Shown here one piece after another: positions 36,493-45,774 of a DNA stretch of 64,000 bases. The stretch lies in the IMG/VR virus record IMGVR_UViG_3300018080_000004; one strand, 5' to 3'. Source of the stretch: a virus. Made by a program: the position numbers and the translations under genes. Every line of letters begins with the position of its first letter. Position 1 is the first letter of the stretch. The notes under the pieces were generated by a model that was given only the letters and a program-made list of their open reading frames with translations, searched no databases and was not told the DNA's origin.

Positions 36493-37854
36493 ATGGCACG
36501 ACGGAAAGTGAAACCGAACTTCCTGACCTCGGACGCGGGCCTCACGGCGAACATCGAGGTGGACCGCTACCGGAGGGCCCAGTTCGAGGCCAAGGTCGCG
36601 GAGCTGGAGCCCCGGTTCCCCGGCCTCAAGGCTACCCTGACCCATGATCCTCTCGCGGGGAAGACGACGCTCGATTTCGCGCCCGACCCCCCGCCCTCGA
36701 CGGTGACCTACACGGTCTCCGCCCCCTACCCCACCTACAAGGTCGGGCCCTACACCCTCCGGGCTGTCCTCACCCGCGACGACGTGGACAAGAAGTCCCT
36801 CTGGGTGGCCGAGGAGGGGGCCATCACCCGCGAGGTCGTCGAGGGGGCCGACTTCCTCCGGTGCGACCACTGCCAGACCCGGCGCCACCGGAAGACCCTC
36901 TACTTCTTCCTCAAGGACGGCGAGGAGGCCCTCACCCAGGTCGGCTCCAAGTGCTGCAAGGACTTCTTCGGGGTGGACGTGGAGCGGGAGCTCGCGGCCT
37001 TCTGCCGGGGAATCGAGGCGGAGTTCGGCGACGAGGACGGCTGGGATGCCCCTCGCGGCGGCTTCAACGTCAACGGCTACGACGCCGAGTACGCGGTGCC
37101 GGTCGCCCTGGTCTACGTCGAGAAGTGGGGGTACGTCTCCAGGCGGAAGGGCGAGGAGTGGGGCAAGCCGAGCACGGCCACCTACCTCTCGGTGCTCTTC
37201 TCCAAGCCCCAGTCGAACGAGCCCAGGGAGGAGCGGGAGGCCCGCGAGGCCCTCTTCGACGAGGCGACTGCCCGGAAGGACGAGCTCCTGAAAGCCTTTT
37301 CCGAGTACGCCACCGAGGCCCGCGCCCGCCTGGAGGAGAAGTGGACCGAGTTCCTCTTCAACCTCTGCCAGAACTTCGAGTACACCACCCTGGGGTTCGC
37401 GGCTTTCATCGCCTCGGACATCCTCAAGAAGCGGGCCGAGAAGAGGACCCCCAAGGTCGAATCGAAGTGCTTGGACAAGGAGGTCTCCACCAAGCAGCAA
37501 GACCTGGGGACCTACACCCTGACCTTCCAGCGGGAGGAGGATAGCGACTGGGGCGTCTCCTTCTTCCACGTCGCCAAGGCCGAAGACGGCACCACGGTCT
37601 TCTTCCGCCGGTCCCACTCGGACCTGAACCTCGGCGACACCTTCGACCTGCGCGGCAAGGTCAAAAAGCACCTCAAGGACGCCACGGTGGTGGGCTTTCC
37701 GAAGGTCAAGGTCCTCCGGGAGAAGGACGCCGAGGGGAACGTCCCCGACACCTGCCCCTCCTGCGGCAAGGCCCACAAGAACCACCGGTACACCTACTTC
37801 AAGTGCTCCAAGTGCAAGGTGGTGTTCGACGCCCTCAACGGCGTGAGCGCCTAA
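36493..37854 (+). CDS. Phage protein with Zn-binding segment, OB-fold-like region and C-terminal Zn ribbon
   Basis: CDHC..R.RK...QVGSKCCKDF; CPSC...CSKC. Confidence 0.7.
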   Translation: MARRKVKPNFLTSDAGLTANIEVDRYRRAQFEAKVAELEPRFPGLKATLTHDPLAGKTTLDFAPDPPPSTVTYTVSAPYPTYKVGPYTLRAVLTRDDVDKKSLWVAEEGAITREVVEGADFLRCDHCQTRRHRKTLYFFLKDGEEALTQVGSKCCKDFFGVDVERELAAFCRGIEAEFGDEDGWDAPRGGFNVNGYDAEYAVPVALVYVEKWGYVSRRKGEEWGKPSTATYLSVLFSKPQSNEPREEREAREALFDEATARKDELLKAFSEYATEARARLEEKWTEFLFNLCQNFEYTTLGFAAFIASDILKKRAEKRTPKVESKCLDKEVSTKQQDLGTYTLTFQREEDSDWGVSFFHVAKAEDGTTVFFRRSHSDLNLGDTFDLRGKVKKHLKDATVVGFPKVKVLREKDAEGNVPDTCPSCGKAHKNHRYTYFKCSKCKVVFDALNGVSA

Positions 37855-37905
37855 CGCGGTCCTGGGGGGCCCCGAAGGGCCCCCTGGGTGATTCTGGAGG
37901 CCAAG

Positions 37906-38262
37906 ATGTACTACGACAACGAAGACGCCGGGGACCTCACCCTGAGCGGCGCTGCGGGGGCTTCAGAGGCCCGTTTCGAGGAGCAGGTGGACGACGTGCT
38001 GGAGTTCCTGAACTACTCCGGCCCCGGCTACTACGACGACGCCGAGGACCTCCGGGACGACTTCCGGGCGGACCACCCCAAGGGCTACGACTGGGAGGAC
38101 AGCGTGTTCGAGTACGCCCTGGCGCAGTACGCCCAGGAGGTCGAGGAGCCGGACGAGGAGCCCCCGGCCCGCGAGCCGACGGTCTGCCGCCGGTGCGGCG
38201 ACGGCTACTCCTACCCGGACCCGAATTGCCCCGACTGTGGGGGCCGGGGAGAGGCCCTCTGA
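37906..38262 (+). CDS. Acidic protein with C-terminal Zn ribbon
   Basis: SD GGAGG; CRRC...CPDC. Confidence 0.65.
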   Translation: MYYDNEDAGDLTLSGAAGASEARFEEQVDDVLEFLNYSGPGYYDDAEDLRDDFRADHPKGYDWEDSVFEYALAQYAQEVEEPDEEPPAREPTVCRRCGDGYSYPDPNCPDCGGRGEAL

Positions 38263-38293
38263 GAAAATTTTTGCCCGTGTGCGGGAATTTCTC

Positions 38294-38322
38294 TTGAAAA
38301 GTGGATCGTGGCACCCTATAAT
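38294..38322 (+). promoter_or_regulatory. Early promoter cassette 2
   Basis: TTGAAA-AGTGGATCGTGGCACCC-TATAAT. Confidence 0.85.
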
Positions 38323-38365
38323 AAGAATAGACGGGACACGTGAGATACGACGGAAGGAGGAAACG

Positions 38366-39214
38366 ATGAAAGCACCCGCGCAGGTCAAGCGACGCACCGC
38401 CGTGGTCAGCGGCAGGAAGGTCACGCTCATCGCCCGCGTCCTCACCCAGTACGCCAACCCCTACGGGGTCCGGGTCCGGGTGAAGGGCGACGAGGGCCGG
38501 GGCAAGTTCTTCAACTGGGGCTTGCTCATCGGTCGGGAAGACGCGGTGAAGCAGGGGGCGCTGAACGCCGCCCTCAACGCCTACATCGAGCAGGCCGACG
38601 CCAAGCCGAAGGAGTGCGGCGGCCGCCACCGGTTCGGCCACTGCAAGACCGGCGAGCACGACGCCCGGTTCACCGCCAAGGAGATCGCCCAGGTTGTGGC
38701 AGACGCCGCCGAGTGTGAGTGCCTCTGCCACCGCTACGGGGTCGTCCACGTGCACAACGGGACCATCTACGCGCACGATCAGGCCACCTGGGACAACCTC
38801 CTCAAGCGCCTGGACCCCTCCGAGGTCCAGACCGTCCCCTCCTACCGCTACAAGCACGGGGACACGGCCGAGACCCTCCTCGCCCGCTGCAAGGCGGCCG
38901 AGCGCCTGGGCGCGGCCGAGAAGGCCCTGGACGCGGCCGAGAAGGGCCCTGAGAGCGCCCGTATCGAGAACGACAAGGCCCTCGCGGCCCAGGAGGACCA
39001 CACGGCCTTCTCGCGCTACCTGGGGCTCCAGGAGCAGGCTCCGGCGGAGTGGGCGGTCCGGATCGAGAAGCGCGAGGGCGGGTACTGGATCAATCGGTGC
39101 GTCGGGACGGGGGCCTTCTCCGGCATCCCGGCCGGGAGCACCTTCGAGGCGGCTGTGGACGCCCTGGAGTTCCTCATCACGGGGTGGGCCATCGGCAAGG
39201 GCATCCGAGAGTAG
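38366..39214 (+). CDS. Hypothetical protein
   Basis: SD AAGGAGG after the promoter. Confidence 0.7.
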   Translation: MKAPAQVKRRTAVVSGRKVTLIARVLTQYANPYGVRVRVKGDEGRGKFFNWGLLIGREDAVKQGALNAALNAYIEQADAKPKECGGRHRFGHCKTGEHDARFTAKEIAQVVADAAECECLCHRYGVVHVHNGTIYAHDQATWDNLLKRLDPSEVQTVPSYRYKHGDTAETLLARCKAAERLGAAEKALDAAEKGPESARIENDKALAAQEDHTAFSRYLGLQEQAPAEWAVRIEKREGGYWINRCVGTGAFSGIPAGSTFEAAVDALEFLITGWAIGKGIRE

Positions 39215-39262
39215 GAGACGCCCTGGGGGGCCCCTTCGGGGGTCCCCTGGGGGAACGCAGGC

Positions 39263-39559
39263 ATGAAGTGGACCCCTGAGAAGATCGAATCGGTCCGGGC
39301 CGCCATCGCCCGCATCCGGGAGGCGCGGACCCGGCAAGAGCAGGCTCTCCGGGCTCTGGAGTTCCAGATGGCCCTGGCGGAGCAGGGAATTGACCCGGCT
39401 GAGGTGGCTGGGGTCGGACCTGGGATCGAGGGGCAGCATTTCCCGTTTTGGCAGGCCAAGAAGTTCGAGAGGCTGGCGTATCGTGTCCTCTTCAAGGACG
39501 GCCGCGAGATCGACCTCAAGACGCCGCTCCCCTACGATTTTGAGACGAGGAAGGAGTAG
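39263..39559 (+). CDS. Hypothetical protein
   Basis: ORF after a GC hairpin; codon bias. Confidence 0.6.
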   Translation: MKWTPEKIESVRAAIARIREARTRQEQALRALEFQMALAEQGIDPAEVAGVGPGIEGQHFPFWQAKKFERLAYRVLFKDGREIDLKTPLPYDFETRKE

Positions 39560-39563
39560 CACC

Positions 39564-40013
39564 GTGGGCAAGCTCATCCTAACGGCAGCGCAGCAAGAGG
39601 CCCTGGGGCTCGCCCCCGGCACGTACACGGTTACGGTCGAGGGGAGGGACGTGCAGCACCTCGCCTGGAGGGCGACCCGGAACAAGAGCGGCTCGGCGAA
39701 GCTGGGACCCGTCCGGGTGAAGATCAAGGCCGCTCCGGACCAGTTCAAGGTCATCTACGCCCCGGACGCCCGGTGCCTGGAGGAGCGGCCCGACGTGAAG
39801 GCCGCCCGGTTCGAGATCAAGGCGTACAGCTACGAGGCCGCCCGTTCCGAGGCGTGGCGGAACCTCAAGCGCCTCTACGGGGGCGGGGTCCCCGGCTGGA
39901 ACAGCAACCTCCACGTGCTCAAGCGGTGCGACGACGACGTGTACCGGACCGAGACCGGGCAGAGCCTCAAGGAGATCGAGGAGCATCTGGAGGCGTTTCA
40001 TACCCCCACGTAA
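39564..40013 (+). CDS. Hypothetical protein
   Basis: SD AAGGAG, GTG start. Confidence 0.6.
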   Translation: MGKLILTAAQQEALGLAPGTYTVTVEGRDVQHLAWRATRNKSGSAKLGPVRVKIKAAPDQFKVIYAPDARCLEERPDVKAARFEIKAYSYEAARSEAWRNLKRLYGGGVPGWNSNLHVLKRCDDDVYRTETGQSLKEIEEHLEAFHTPT

Positions 40014-40167
40014 GACTTTCCTTACCTGGGGGTGGGAAATCTCCAATCGGATCAGCGGGAGCGCCAATCGGAGGGAGAGGAAAGGGACTTTTATGGCGGT
40101 TTTCGAGGGGTTTCAGTGTGGCACGGCGATTGCTTTACTTTCGGGCGAGTCTTTTGAGGAAAGAAGC

Positions 40168-40590
40168 ATGATCGGCATCGGCCTCACTCTCGAAATCCGG
40201 CAGACGCTCGCCCTCGTGGGCGGTGCGACCGAAAGCATCTTCACCGGGGCGGAATCGCTCCTCCTGTCCAGTGGGAGGGTCCAGGAGGCCCTCCAGTACG
40301 TGGCGAGGAGGAAGAGCATGGACCGGTACAGGTCCACCATGGACTTCCTCCTCTGTGAGCTCTTCCCGGAGCACCAACCTGGGTGCTGGAGGTTCTACGC
40401 CGGGAAGGGCCCGCAGCTCAAGAAGCTTTTGACGGCTGAGGAGGTCCTGGTCTTCGACGGGCGCCTCATCGCGGTCCTCGTGCATGCCCTGGCGATCAGC
40501 CGGGAGCACGACCTCGGCCTCCGGAAGCCGGGCCGCGTCTCGTGGGGGACCCTCCGGAAAGAAGTCCGGGACTTCGGCCTCGTGGCCTAA
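40168..40590 (+). CDS. Hypothetical protein
   Basis: SD GAGGA; ends before the next promoter. Confidence 0.6.
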   Translation: MIGIGLTLEIRQTLALVGGATESIFTGAESLLLSSGRVQEALQYVARRKSMDRYRSTMDFLLCELFPEHQPGCWRFYAGKGPQLKKLLTAEEVLVFDGRLIAVLVHALAISREHDLGLRKPGRVSWGTLRKEVRDFGLVA

Positions 40591-40610
40591 TAATTTTTTG
40601 GGAATTTCGC

Positions 40611-40639
40611 TTGAAAAGTGGACCGTGATACCCTATAAT
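40611..40639 (+). promoter_or_regulatory. Early promoter cassette 3
   Basis: TTGAAA-AGTGGACCGTGATACCC-TATAAT, identical to 36422. Confidence 0.88.
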
Positions 40640-40687
40640 ATAATTGGAGACTGGAAACGAAAACGACGACGACGAAAGGAGGAAGCC

Positions 40688-41095
40688 ATGGGTTGGAGTT
40701 GCGCGAGGGACGCCGGACGGACGCTGGACGCCTTTTCCAAGGCGTGCATCGAGAACTCCGGGTCACAGAACACCTGGAAGGACGCCCAGGGGCGGTCCTA
40801 CTTCTTCGAGACGAGCCGCACCGAGCACCACGACGGCGCCATCACGGGCACCGTCTGGAGGGTTGTCGGTGGGTTGTGCCGCCGGTCCGGGTCCTTCCGG
40901 ATCGAGGCGGACGGCCGGGTCTCGCGGGCCCCCAGGTTCCTCAAGGACGCCGCCAAGGCGGCCGACACCGAGCCGAAGGGCTGCCCGTGCTGCGGGCGCA
41001 CCAAGGGCGCCCCGGACTTCGCTTTCGTCCCGGCTGGGAAGGAGATCGTAACCTGCCCCCGGTGCCTCGGCCCGGTGGCGGTGGACAAGCAGTGA
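40688..41095 (+). CDS. Hypothetical protein with C-terminal Zn ribbon
   Basis: SD AAGGAGG; CPCC...CPRC. Confidence 0.7.
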   Translation: MGWSCARDAGRTLDAFSKACIENSGSQNTWKDAQGRSYFFETSRTEHHDGAITGTVWRVVGGLCRRSGSFRIEADGRVSRAPRFLKDAAKAADTEPKGCPCCGRTKGAPDFAFVPAGKEIVTCPRCLGPVAVDKQ

Positions 41096-41127
41096 TCGGC
41101 GGACCCACGACACCGACGGAGGGAGCC

Positions 41128-41592
41128 ATGAGCAAGACCGAAGGAACCCTGGAGACGAAGATCGGGACCCTGCGCTACGCCGTAACGGACGGGTCCCACG
41201 TGTTCATCGGGACCTCCTCTGGGGGCCACCACGAGCAGGGCGACCGCATCGTGCGGCTCCGGGGGGTGGAATACTACTTCTCCCTCCATCTCTTCCTCCA
41301 GGAGGACGGCTCCTGGGACCTCCAGAAGGGCGACCGCATCTACCTGAGCCGGGTGAACTTCACGGAGCCCTCCGAGCCCGCGAAGCGCGACGTTACGGCC
41401 ATCGCCAGGGCCGCCTGGAACGAGTACATCAAGGGCAAGGACGAGATCATCACCGAGGCCGCCAAGGGGGCCGCCCGCGAGCGCATCGAGAAGTTCCGCG
41501 AGGAGCTCGCCGAGCTCAAGTCCAAGGTCGAGGCCAAGGAGACCGAGCTCTCCTCGGAGATCGCAGCCCTGGAGGCCCTGGAGGCCCTGTAG
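41128..41592 (+). CDS. Hypothetical protein with C-terminal coiled coil
   Basis: SD GGAGG. Confidence 0.65.
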   Translation: MSKTEGTLETKIGTLRYAVTDGSHVFIGTSSGGHHEQGDRIVRLRGVEYYFSLHLFLQEDGSWDLQKGDRIYLSRVNFTEPSEPAKRDVTAIARAAWNEYIKGKDEIITEAAKGAARERIEKFREELAELKSKVEAKETELSSEIAALEALEAL

Positions 41593-41670
41593 AAGGAGAC
41601 AAGTCCTTGGCGCTGTGCCGAGGGCCACACGGATAGGTTCCCCGCTGGGGGCGATAGGAGAACCTGACCC

Positions 41671-41928
41671 ATGGCAAAGAAGCAGATCATCGTGGAAGTG
41701 GAGGAGGCCAAGAGGGGTCTCCCGGATGCTCGGAAGCGGCATCCCAGCCTGCACCCAATCGACGACAAGAACGCGCTCTGGGAGTGCGCCCAGGAGGCCG
41801 TGTACGAGGTGAAGCGCCTCGTGAACACCATCGACTACAAGATCGGCGACCGCCTGGAGTCCGAGGAGGTTCGGAACCTGTGCGCCAGGGCCGACTGGAA
41901 GATCGTGGTGGCGAAGCCAAAGGAGTAA
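41671..41928 (+). CDS. Hypothetical protein
   Basis: SD AGGAG. Confidence 0.65.
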   Translation: MAKKQIIVEVEEAKRGLPDARKRHPSLHPIDDKNALWECAQEAVYEVKRLVNTIDYKIGDRLESEEVRNLCARADWKIVVAKPKE

Positions 41929-42011
41929 GGGAGCGCGGGCTCCGGCCCGCGTCGGCCGCCCTGCCCTGGGCGTCCAGCGCGAGCCGGAATCCATGAAGAC
42001 GGAGGAGCCCC

Positions 42012-42266
42012 ATGGTGGACTGGAAGAAATATCCCGACGAGAAGCCCCCGGTGGAAGACGACGGTTCCCTGGACCGGAGCATCGAGGTCCTGGTCTTCGA
42101 CGGGCGCCGGGTCCGCGTGGGCTATCTTCAGGGCGGCTACGACCCCGACTACGACGACTTCCCTCCCCGCTGGAAGCTGGAAGGGCCGGATATGTACGAC
42201 CTCGACGGGGTGACGCACTGGGCCCCGCTGCCCGCACCCCCCACGACTGCAAGGAGGGCATCATGA
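42012..42266 (+). CDS. DUF551-like phage protein
   Basis: W...DEKP...VLV...VTHWAPLP.PP. Confidence 0.75.
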   Translation: MVDWKKYPDEKPPVEDDGSLDRSIEVLVFDGRRVRVGYLQGGYDPDYDDFPPRWKLEGPDMYDLDGVTHWAPLPAPPTTARRAS

Positions 42267-43075
42267 ACGGCGTAACGGAGAACATCCACGGGAGCCTGAC
42301 CCGGACCCGGACCTACACGGAGGCGGGGCACGTCTTCCGGATCGTGGCGAAGGTGCGGTACACCCACCTGAACGGGAACGCCAACCCCCACCTGTCCGTC
42401 ACGGGCGAGCTGTGGCGCAAGCTCCAGGGGACCGAGTGGCGCTACTACCACGGGGGCGACCGCAAGAAGGACAAGTCCGGGACTTGGGGCCTCGACTCGT
42501 GCGGGTGCGTCCACGACGAGATCGGGAAGCATTTTCCGGAGATCGCCGAGACCTATCTGCCTTTCCACCTGTGGGACGGCCTCCCGATGCACTACGAGGC
42601 CAACGCCCTCCATTGGTGGGAGTTCCTGGTCGGGAAGTCCCGGTGGGGGTCGTGCCGCAACGCCCTGAACACCGACAAGGACTACTCCGACCCGCTCCAC
42701 CCCCGGACCCTGACCGACCACGAGTGCCGCCAGCGCGTCCGGACGATCCTCATCGAGCACGTGGGCTATGGGCTCTCCGAGCAGGACACGCCTCGGCGCC
42801 TCCTGACCCGCGACCGGGAAGCCTTCCGGCAGTGGCTCAAGAGCCGGGCCAAGGACATCTTCGCCCGCTTTGGCCGGGCCGTGGAGCAGCTCTGGACGGA
42901 GGGGGACCCGGTGCACCGGCACCGCACGTGCCTGGAGTGCGACCACGAATGGGACGCCCCCGTGGAGCACACGAGCGAGACCTCGAACCTCTCCAGCGAG
43001 AAGACCGTGGACTGCCCGGAGTGCGGCTCCAGGCAGGTCGTGGGAGGGCCCTACTTCGTCCCAAAAAAATCTTGA
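42263..43075 (+). CDS. Hypothetical protein with C-terminal Zn ribbon
   Basis: SD AAGGAGG; SVTGE...GCVHDEI..HFPE...HL..G.PMH; CLEC...CPEC. Confidence 0.7.
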   Translation: MNGVTENIHGSLTRTRTYTEAGHVFRIVAKVRYTHLNGNANPHLSVTGELWRKLQGTEWRYYHGGDRKKDKSGTWGLDSCGCVHDEIGKHFPEIAETYLPFHLWDGLPMHYEANALHWWEFLVGKSRWGSCRNALNTDKDYSDPLHPRTLTDHECRQRVRTILIEHVGYGLSEQDTPRRLLTRDREAFRQWLKSRAKDIFARFGRAVEQLWTEGDPVHRHRTCLECDHEWDAPVEHTSETSNLSSEKTVDCPECGSRQVVGGPYFVPKKS

Positions 43076-43082
43076 TTTCCGC

Positions 43083-43111
43083 TTGAAAAGTGGACCGTGA
43101 TACGCCATAAT
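43083..43111 (+). promoter_or_regulatory. Early promoter cassette 4
   Basis: TTGAAA-AGTGGACCGTGATACGC-CATAAT. Confidence 0.85.
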
Positions 43112-43150
43112 AAGAGTGGAGACAAGAGGCCAACACGAAAGGGGGACACG

Positions 43151-43681
43151 ATGAGCGAGCCCATCCGGATCGAAGACACCGACGCCGTGGGGCGGCTGGA
43201 GGCGCGGATCGCCAAGCTGGAGGCCCTCCAGGAGCAGTACAAGGCGGTAAACAAGGCCATCCGCAAGCACGCCAAGAAGGGGGCCGAGGCCCAGGTGGCG
43301 GCCCTCGTCGAGCTGGGGCTCTCCGAGGGGACGGCCCGGAAGACGCTGGAGCCCGACTTCTGCGGGCGCGTGGGCATCCCCGCCTACGAGCTCCAGAACA
43401 ACGGGGCGAACATCCGGCGCCTCAAGACCCAGGTGAAGCGGGCGCAGGCCCTCCAGGCCGCCGCCCCCTCCGAGGCCGAGGGCGACACCGGCCGGTTCGA
43501 GGACGCCCCCCAGGACAACCGGGTGCGCGTCTTCTTCCCCGGCAAGCCCGACGCCTCGGTCCGCAGGGACCTCAAGTCCAGCGGCTTCCGCTGGACGCCT
43601 TCCCTGGGGTGCTGGCAGGCGTACCGGAACGCCTACACCGTCCAGGTCGCCAAGCGCCACGCGGGCGCGGCCGAAGGATAG
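43151..43681 (+). CDS. DUF3560-like protein (C-terminal part)
   Basis: YELQNNGANIRRLK...DNRVRVFFPGKPD...LKSSGFRWTPS..CWQ. Confidence 0.7.
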   Translation: MSEPIRIEDTDAVGRLEARIAKLEALQEQYKAVNKAIRKHAKKGAEAQVAALVELGLSEGTARKTLEPDFCGRVGIPAYELQNNGANIRRLKTQVKRAQALQAAAPSEAEGDTGRFEDAPQDNRVRVFFPGKPDASVRRDLKSSGFRWTPSLGCWQAYRNAYTVQVAKRHAGAAEG

Positions 43682-43706
43682 GGCGGCCGAATCGGCCGCC
43701 CCTTTT
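43681..43706 (+). terminator. Hairpin/possible terminator
   Basis: GGGCGGCCG/CGGCCGCCC stem followed by CTTTT. Confidence 0.45.
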
Positions 43707-43718
43707 GGGGGCAACACA

Positions 43719-43952
43719 ATGGACCTCTCCGTTACCACCACCGACGGGCGCCTCTTCACGACCCTGGACCACGTGGACCTCGCCCGTCTCGTCTTCGCCC
43801 GTTTCGGCCGCGACGCCGAGGCGGCTACGGCCGCGTGGCGGCGCCTCCTCCAGAACTCGGCCGAGGTCGAGGACTTCCTCGCCCTGGTCGAGTACAAGGA
43901 GCACACGCCCCACTGTGAGGGGTGGTGCCGCGACGCCGGAGAGGACCATTAG
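43719..43952 (+). CDS. Hypothetical protein
   Basis: Short ORF between the hairpin and the tRNA. Confidence 0.55.
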   Translation: MDLSVTTTDGRLFTTLDHVDLARLVFARFGRDAEAATAAWRRLLQNSAEVEDFLALVEYKEHTPHCEGWCRDAGEDH

Positions 43953-43961
43953 GAGATCAAT

Positions 43962-44052
43962 GCCGGGCTGGCGCAAAGGCAGACGCAGCCTCTTAGAAAG
44001 GTGGATTCCCCCTCGGAATCAGTTACGGGTTCGAGTCCCGTGCCCGGCACCA
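43962..44052 (+). tRNA. tRNA-Leu (anticodon UAG, reads CUA)
   Basis: GCCGGGC/GCCCGGC acceptor, A73, encoded CCA, loop CTTAGAA, long variable arm, GGTTCGAGTCC. Confidence 0.9.
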
Positions 44053-44073
44053 GACGATAGGACAGGAGGAGCC

Positions 44074-44229
44074 ATGGACCCCAAAGCGTGCATCGAGAGG
44101 TTCTGCGAGGCGATCCGGGACGGCGACTGGGAAGAAGCCCACGCCGCCCTGGAGGACCTCCGCGAGTGGCGCGAGAAGGGCGGATTCCTGCCCGACTTCT
44201 ACGTCACGTTCACGCAAGACGGGAGGTAG
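44074..44229 (+). CDS. Small hypothetical protein
   Basis: SD AGGAGG; MDPKAC...L.EW..KGGFLP. Confidence 0.65.
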   Translation: MDPKACIERFCEAIRDGDWEEAHAALEDLREWREKGGFLPDFYVTFTQDGR

Positions 44230-44231
44230 TG

Positions 44232-44729
44232 ATGACGACGGTGAAGCTCAATGCGTTCCACCGGGAACTGACCCGGACGGTCGAGGGCCGGAACCGCGTG
44301 AAGCGGGCCCACGACGCCGAGGCCGAGATCGGGTACTCGGAGATTATCTTCGAGGTCCCCACGGACAACCCCCGCGTTTCGGTCCTTGTCTACACGTCCT
44401 ACGACCCCAAGACGCGGGCCCTCAAGGAGGACGGCGAGGACGCGGTGAAGTTCGTGGTCCGCTACGTGGGCCGCGAGCGCACGCGCTTCGTCGGGAACCT
44501 CAAGAAGGTGCACCGGGCCGGGCTCGATGGGAACGGCGGCGTGGATCGGTTCTACGAGCGCGTGGTGCACCGGGTGGCGACGATCATCGCCCTGGCGGTC
44601 CCGATCCGTCGGTGCGAGTGCGGTTCCATCCTGGTGCCCCGGTGGGCCCGGAAGAAGGGCAAGTGGTTCCTGGGATGCCTCGACCTGTGCGGGCGCTCCC
44701 TGGACGTGGACATCGAGGAGGCGTCATGA
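44232..44729 (+). CDS. Hypothetical protein with C-terminal Zn ribbon
   Basis: SD GGAGG; CECG...FLGC..C. Confidence 0.65.
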   Translation: MTTVKLNAFHRELTRTVEGRNRVKRAHDAEAEIGYSEIIFEVPTDNPRVSVLVYTSYDPKTRALKEDGEDAVKFVVRYVGRERTRFVGNLKKVHRAGLDGNGGVDRFYERVVHRVATIIALAVPIRRCECGSILVPRWARKKGKWFLGCLDLCGRSLDVDIEEAS

Positions 44730-45403
44730 TCCCCAAGCAGTACATCCCGGCCGTGGGCGACACGGTGCAGCTCGACGACTACACGGGGTACACGTCCAGG
44801 GGCATCCCTCCCTGGGGGCCGCTCTACGTCAAGGCCGTGAACGGGCTCCGGACGAACGAGCACGGCACGCGGTACTTCGAGGAGGGGAAAGTCCCCCAGC
44901 TCCGGCTGGAGACCCTCGACGACGGAGAGCTCACGGGCCTGTGCATCGACGTGTCGCCCGGCGAGGTCAAGAAGCCCCTCTACTGGGAGCCCCAGTACAC
45001 CATCTACGTGAAGGACCGCGAGCAGGGCGAGCAGGTCCTCTCGTGGCTCCGCGAGGGGCGGGGCGTCAAGGTCTGGGGGTCCCAGGACCTCAGCACGGCC
45101 GGGCGTACGTTCTACACTCCGGGCGACGCGGACAAGCCGCACTGGAGCGTCGAGGGCGTCGAGATCGTGCACGACCCGGACCGGATCAAGGTCCTCCTGG
45201 TGGTGAAGCACCCGGTCCCCACGGGTGAGCCCACGGGCGTTGTCCACGCCGACGACTGGAAGAAGGCCAAGGCCGAGGCCGTCAAGGAGCGCAAGCGGGC
45301 CCTCCGGGAGCACAAGGCCCTCGGCCGCAAGGTCCAGAACATCAAGGACGGCGGTGTCGTCCTGGAATCCTGGTTCGAGACCTACGAGGAGATCAAGGAT
45401 TGA
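44726..45403 (+). CDS. Hypothetical protein
   Basis: SD GGAGG; ATGA overlap. Confidence 0.65.
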   Translation: MIPKQYIPAVGDTVQLDDYTGYTSRGIPPWGPLYVKAVNGLRTNEHGTRYFEEGKVPQLRLETLDDGELTGLCIDVSPGEVKKPLYWEPQYTIYVKDREQGEQVLSWLREGRGVKVWGSQDLSTAGRTFYTPGDADKPHWSVEGVEIVHDPDRIKVLLVVKHPVPTGEPTGVVHADDWKKAKAEAVKERKRALREHKALGRKVQNIKDGGVVLESWFETYEEIKD

Positions 45404-45434
45404 CCGGCCCGGCGGCCGGGGATAGACTGAGAGC

Positions 45435-45701
45435 ATGAGCGAAGGAACCGACAACCCGGCGGGCATCCGCCCGCTGCCCTACCCCTCGGCTTCGGGGACC
45501 TATCGCGTGCCCATCCACGACCTCGTGCGGGACGGCCATGCGAAGCAGGTAGGGCCGAACATCTGGGAGATGCTCGAAGACGTGGAGGTCGTGGTCGAGG
45601 AGGGGCTGCCCCTCGTGATGACGACCGGCTCCCGCTGGGCTTCGGCGGACTACGTGTTCAGCAAGCCTTTCATGAACCTTCGCCTCCAGCTCTTCAACTA
45701 A
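45435..45701 (+). CDS. Hypothetical protein
   Basis: ORF with typical codon bias. Confidence 0.55.
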   Translation: MSEGTDNPAGIRPLPYPSASGTYRVPIHDLVRDGHAKQVGPNIWEMLEDVEVVVEEGLPLVMTTGSRWASADYVFSKPFMNLRLQLFN

Positions 45702-45720
45702 CCCCGCCCCGGCTTTTCGT

Positions 45721-45749
45721 TTGACAAGCGGTCCGTGATACCGTACAAT
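45721..45749 (+). promoter_or_regulatory. Conserved-spacer sigma70 promoter
   Basis: TTGACA-AGCGGTCCGTGATACCG-TACAAT. Confidence 0.82.
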
Positions 45750-45774
45750 CGGGCCGTTTCATGGGTGGGGCGAG

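Noticed and set aside
40168-40230. Sigma54 region-I mimic (LTLEIRQTLAL)
   Set aside because: The resemblance is too short to support
43994-43996. TAG anticodon read as an amber suppressor or genetic-code reassignment
   Set aside because: Anticodon UAG decodes CUA (Leu); TAG is used as a normal stop (e.g. 8167, 12069, 33249)
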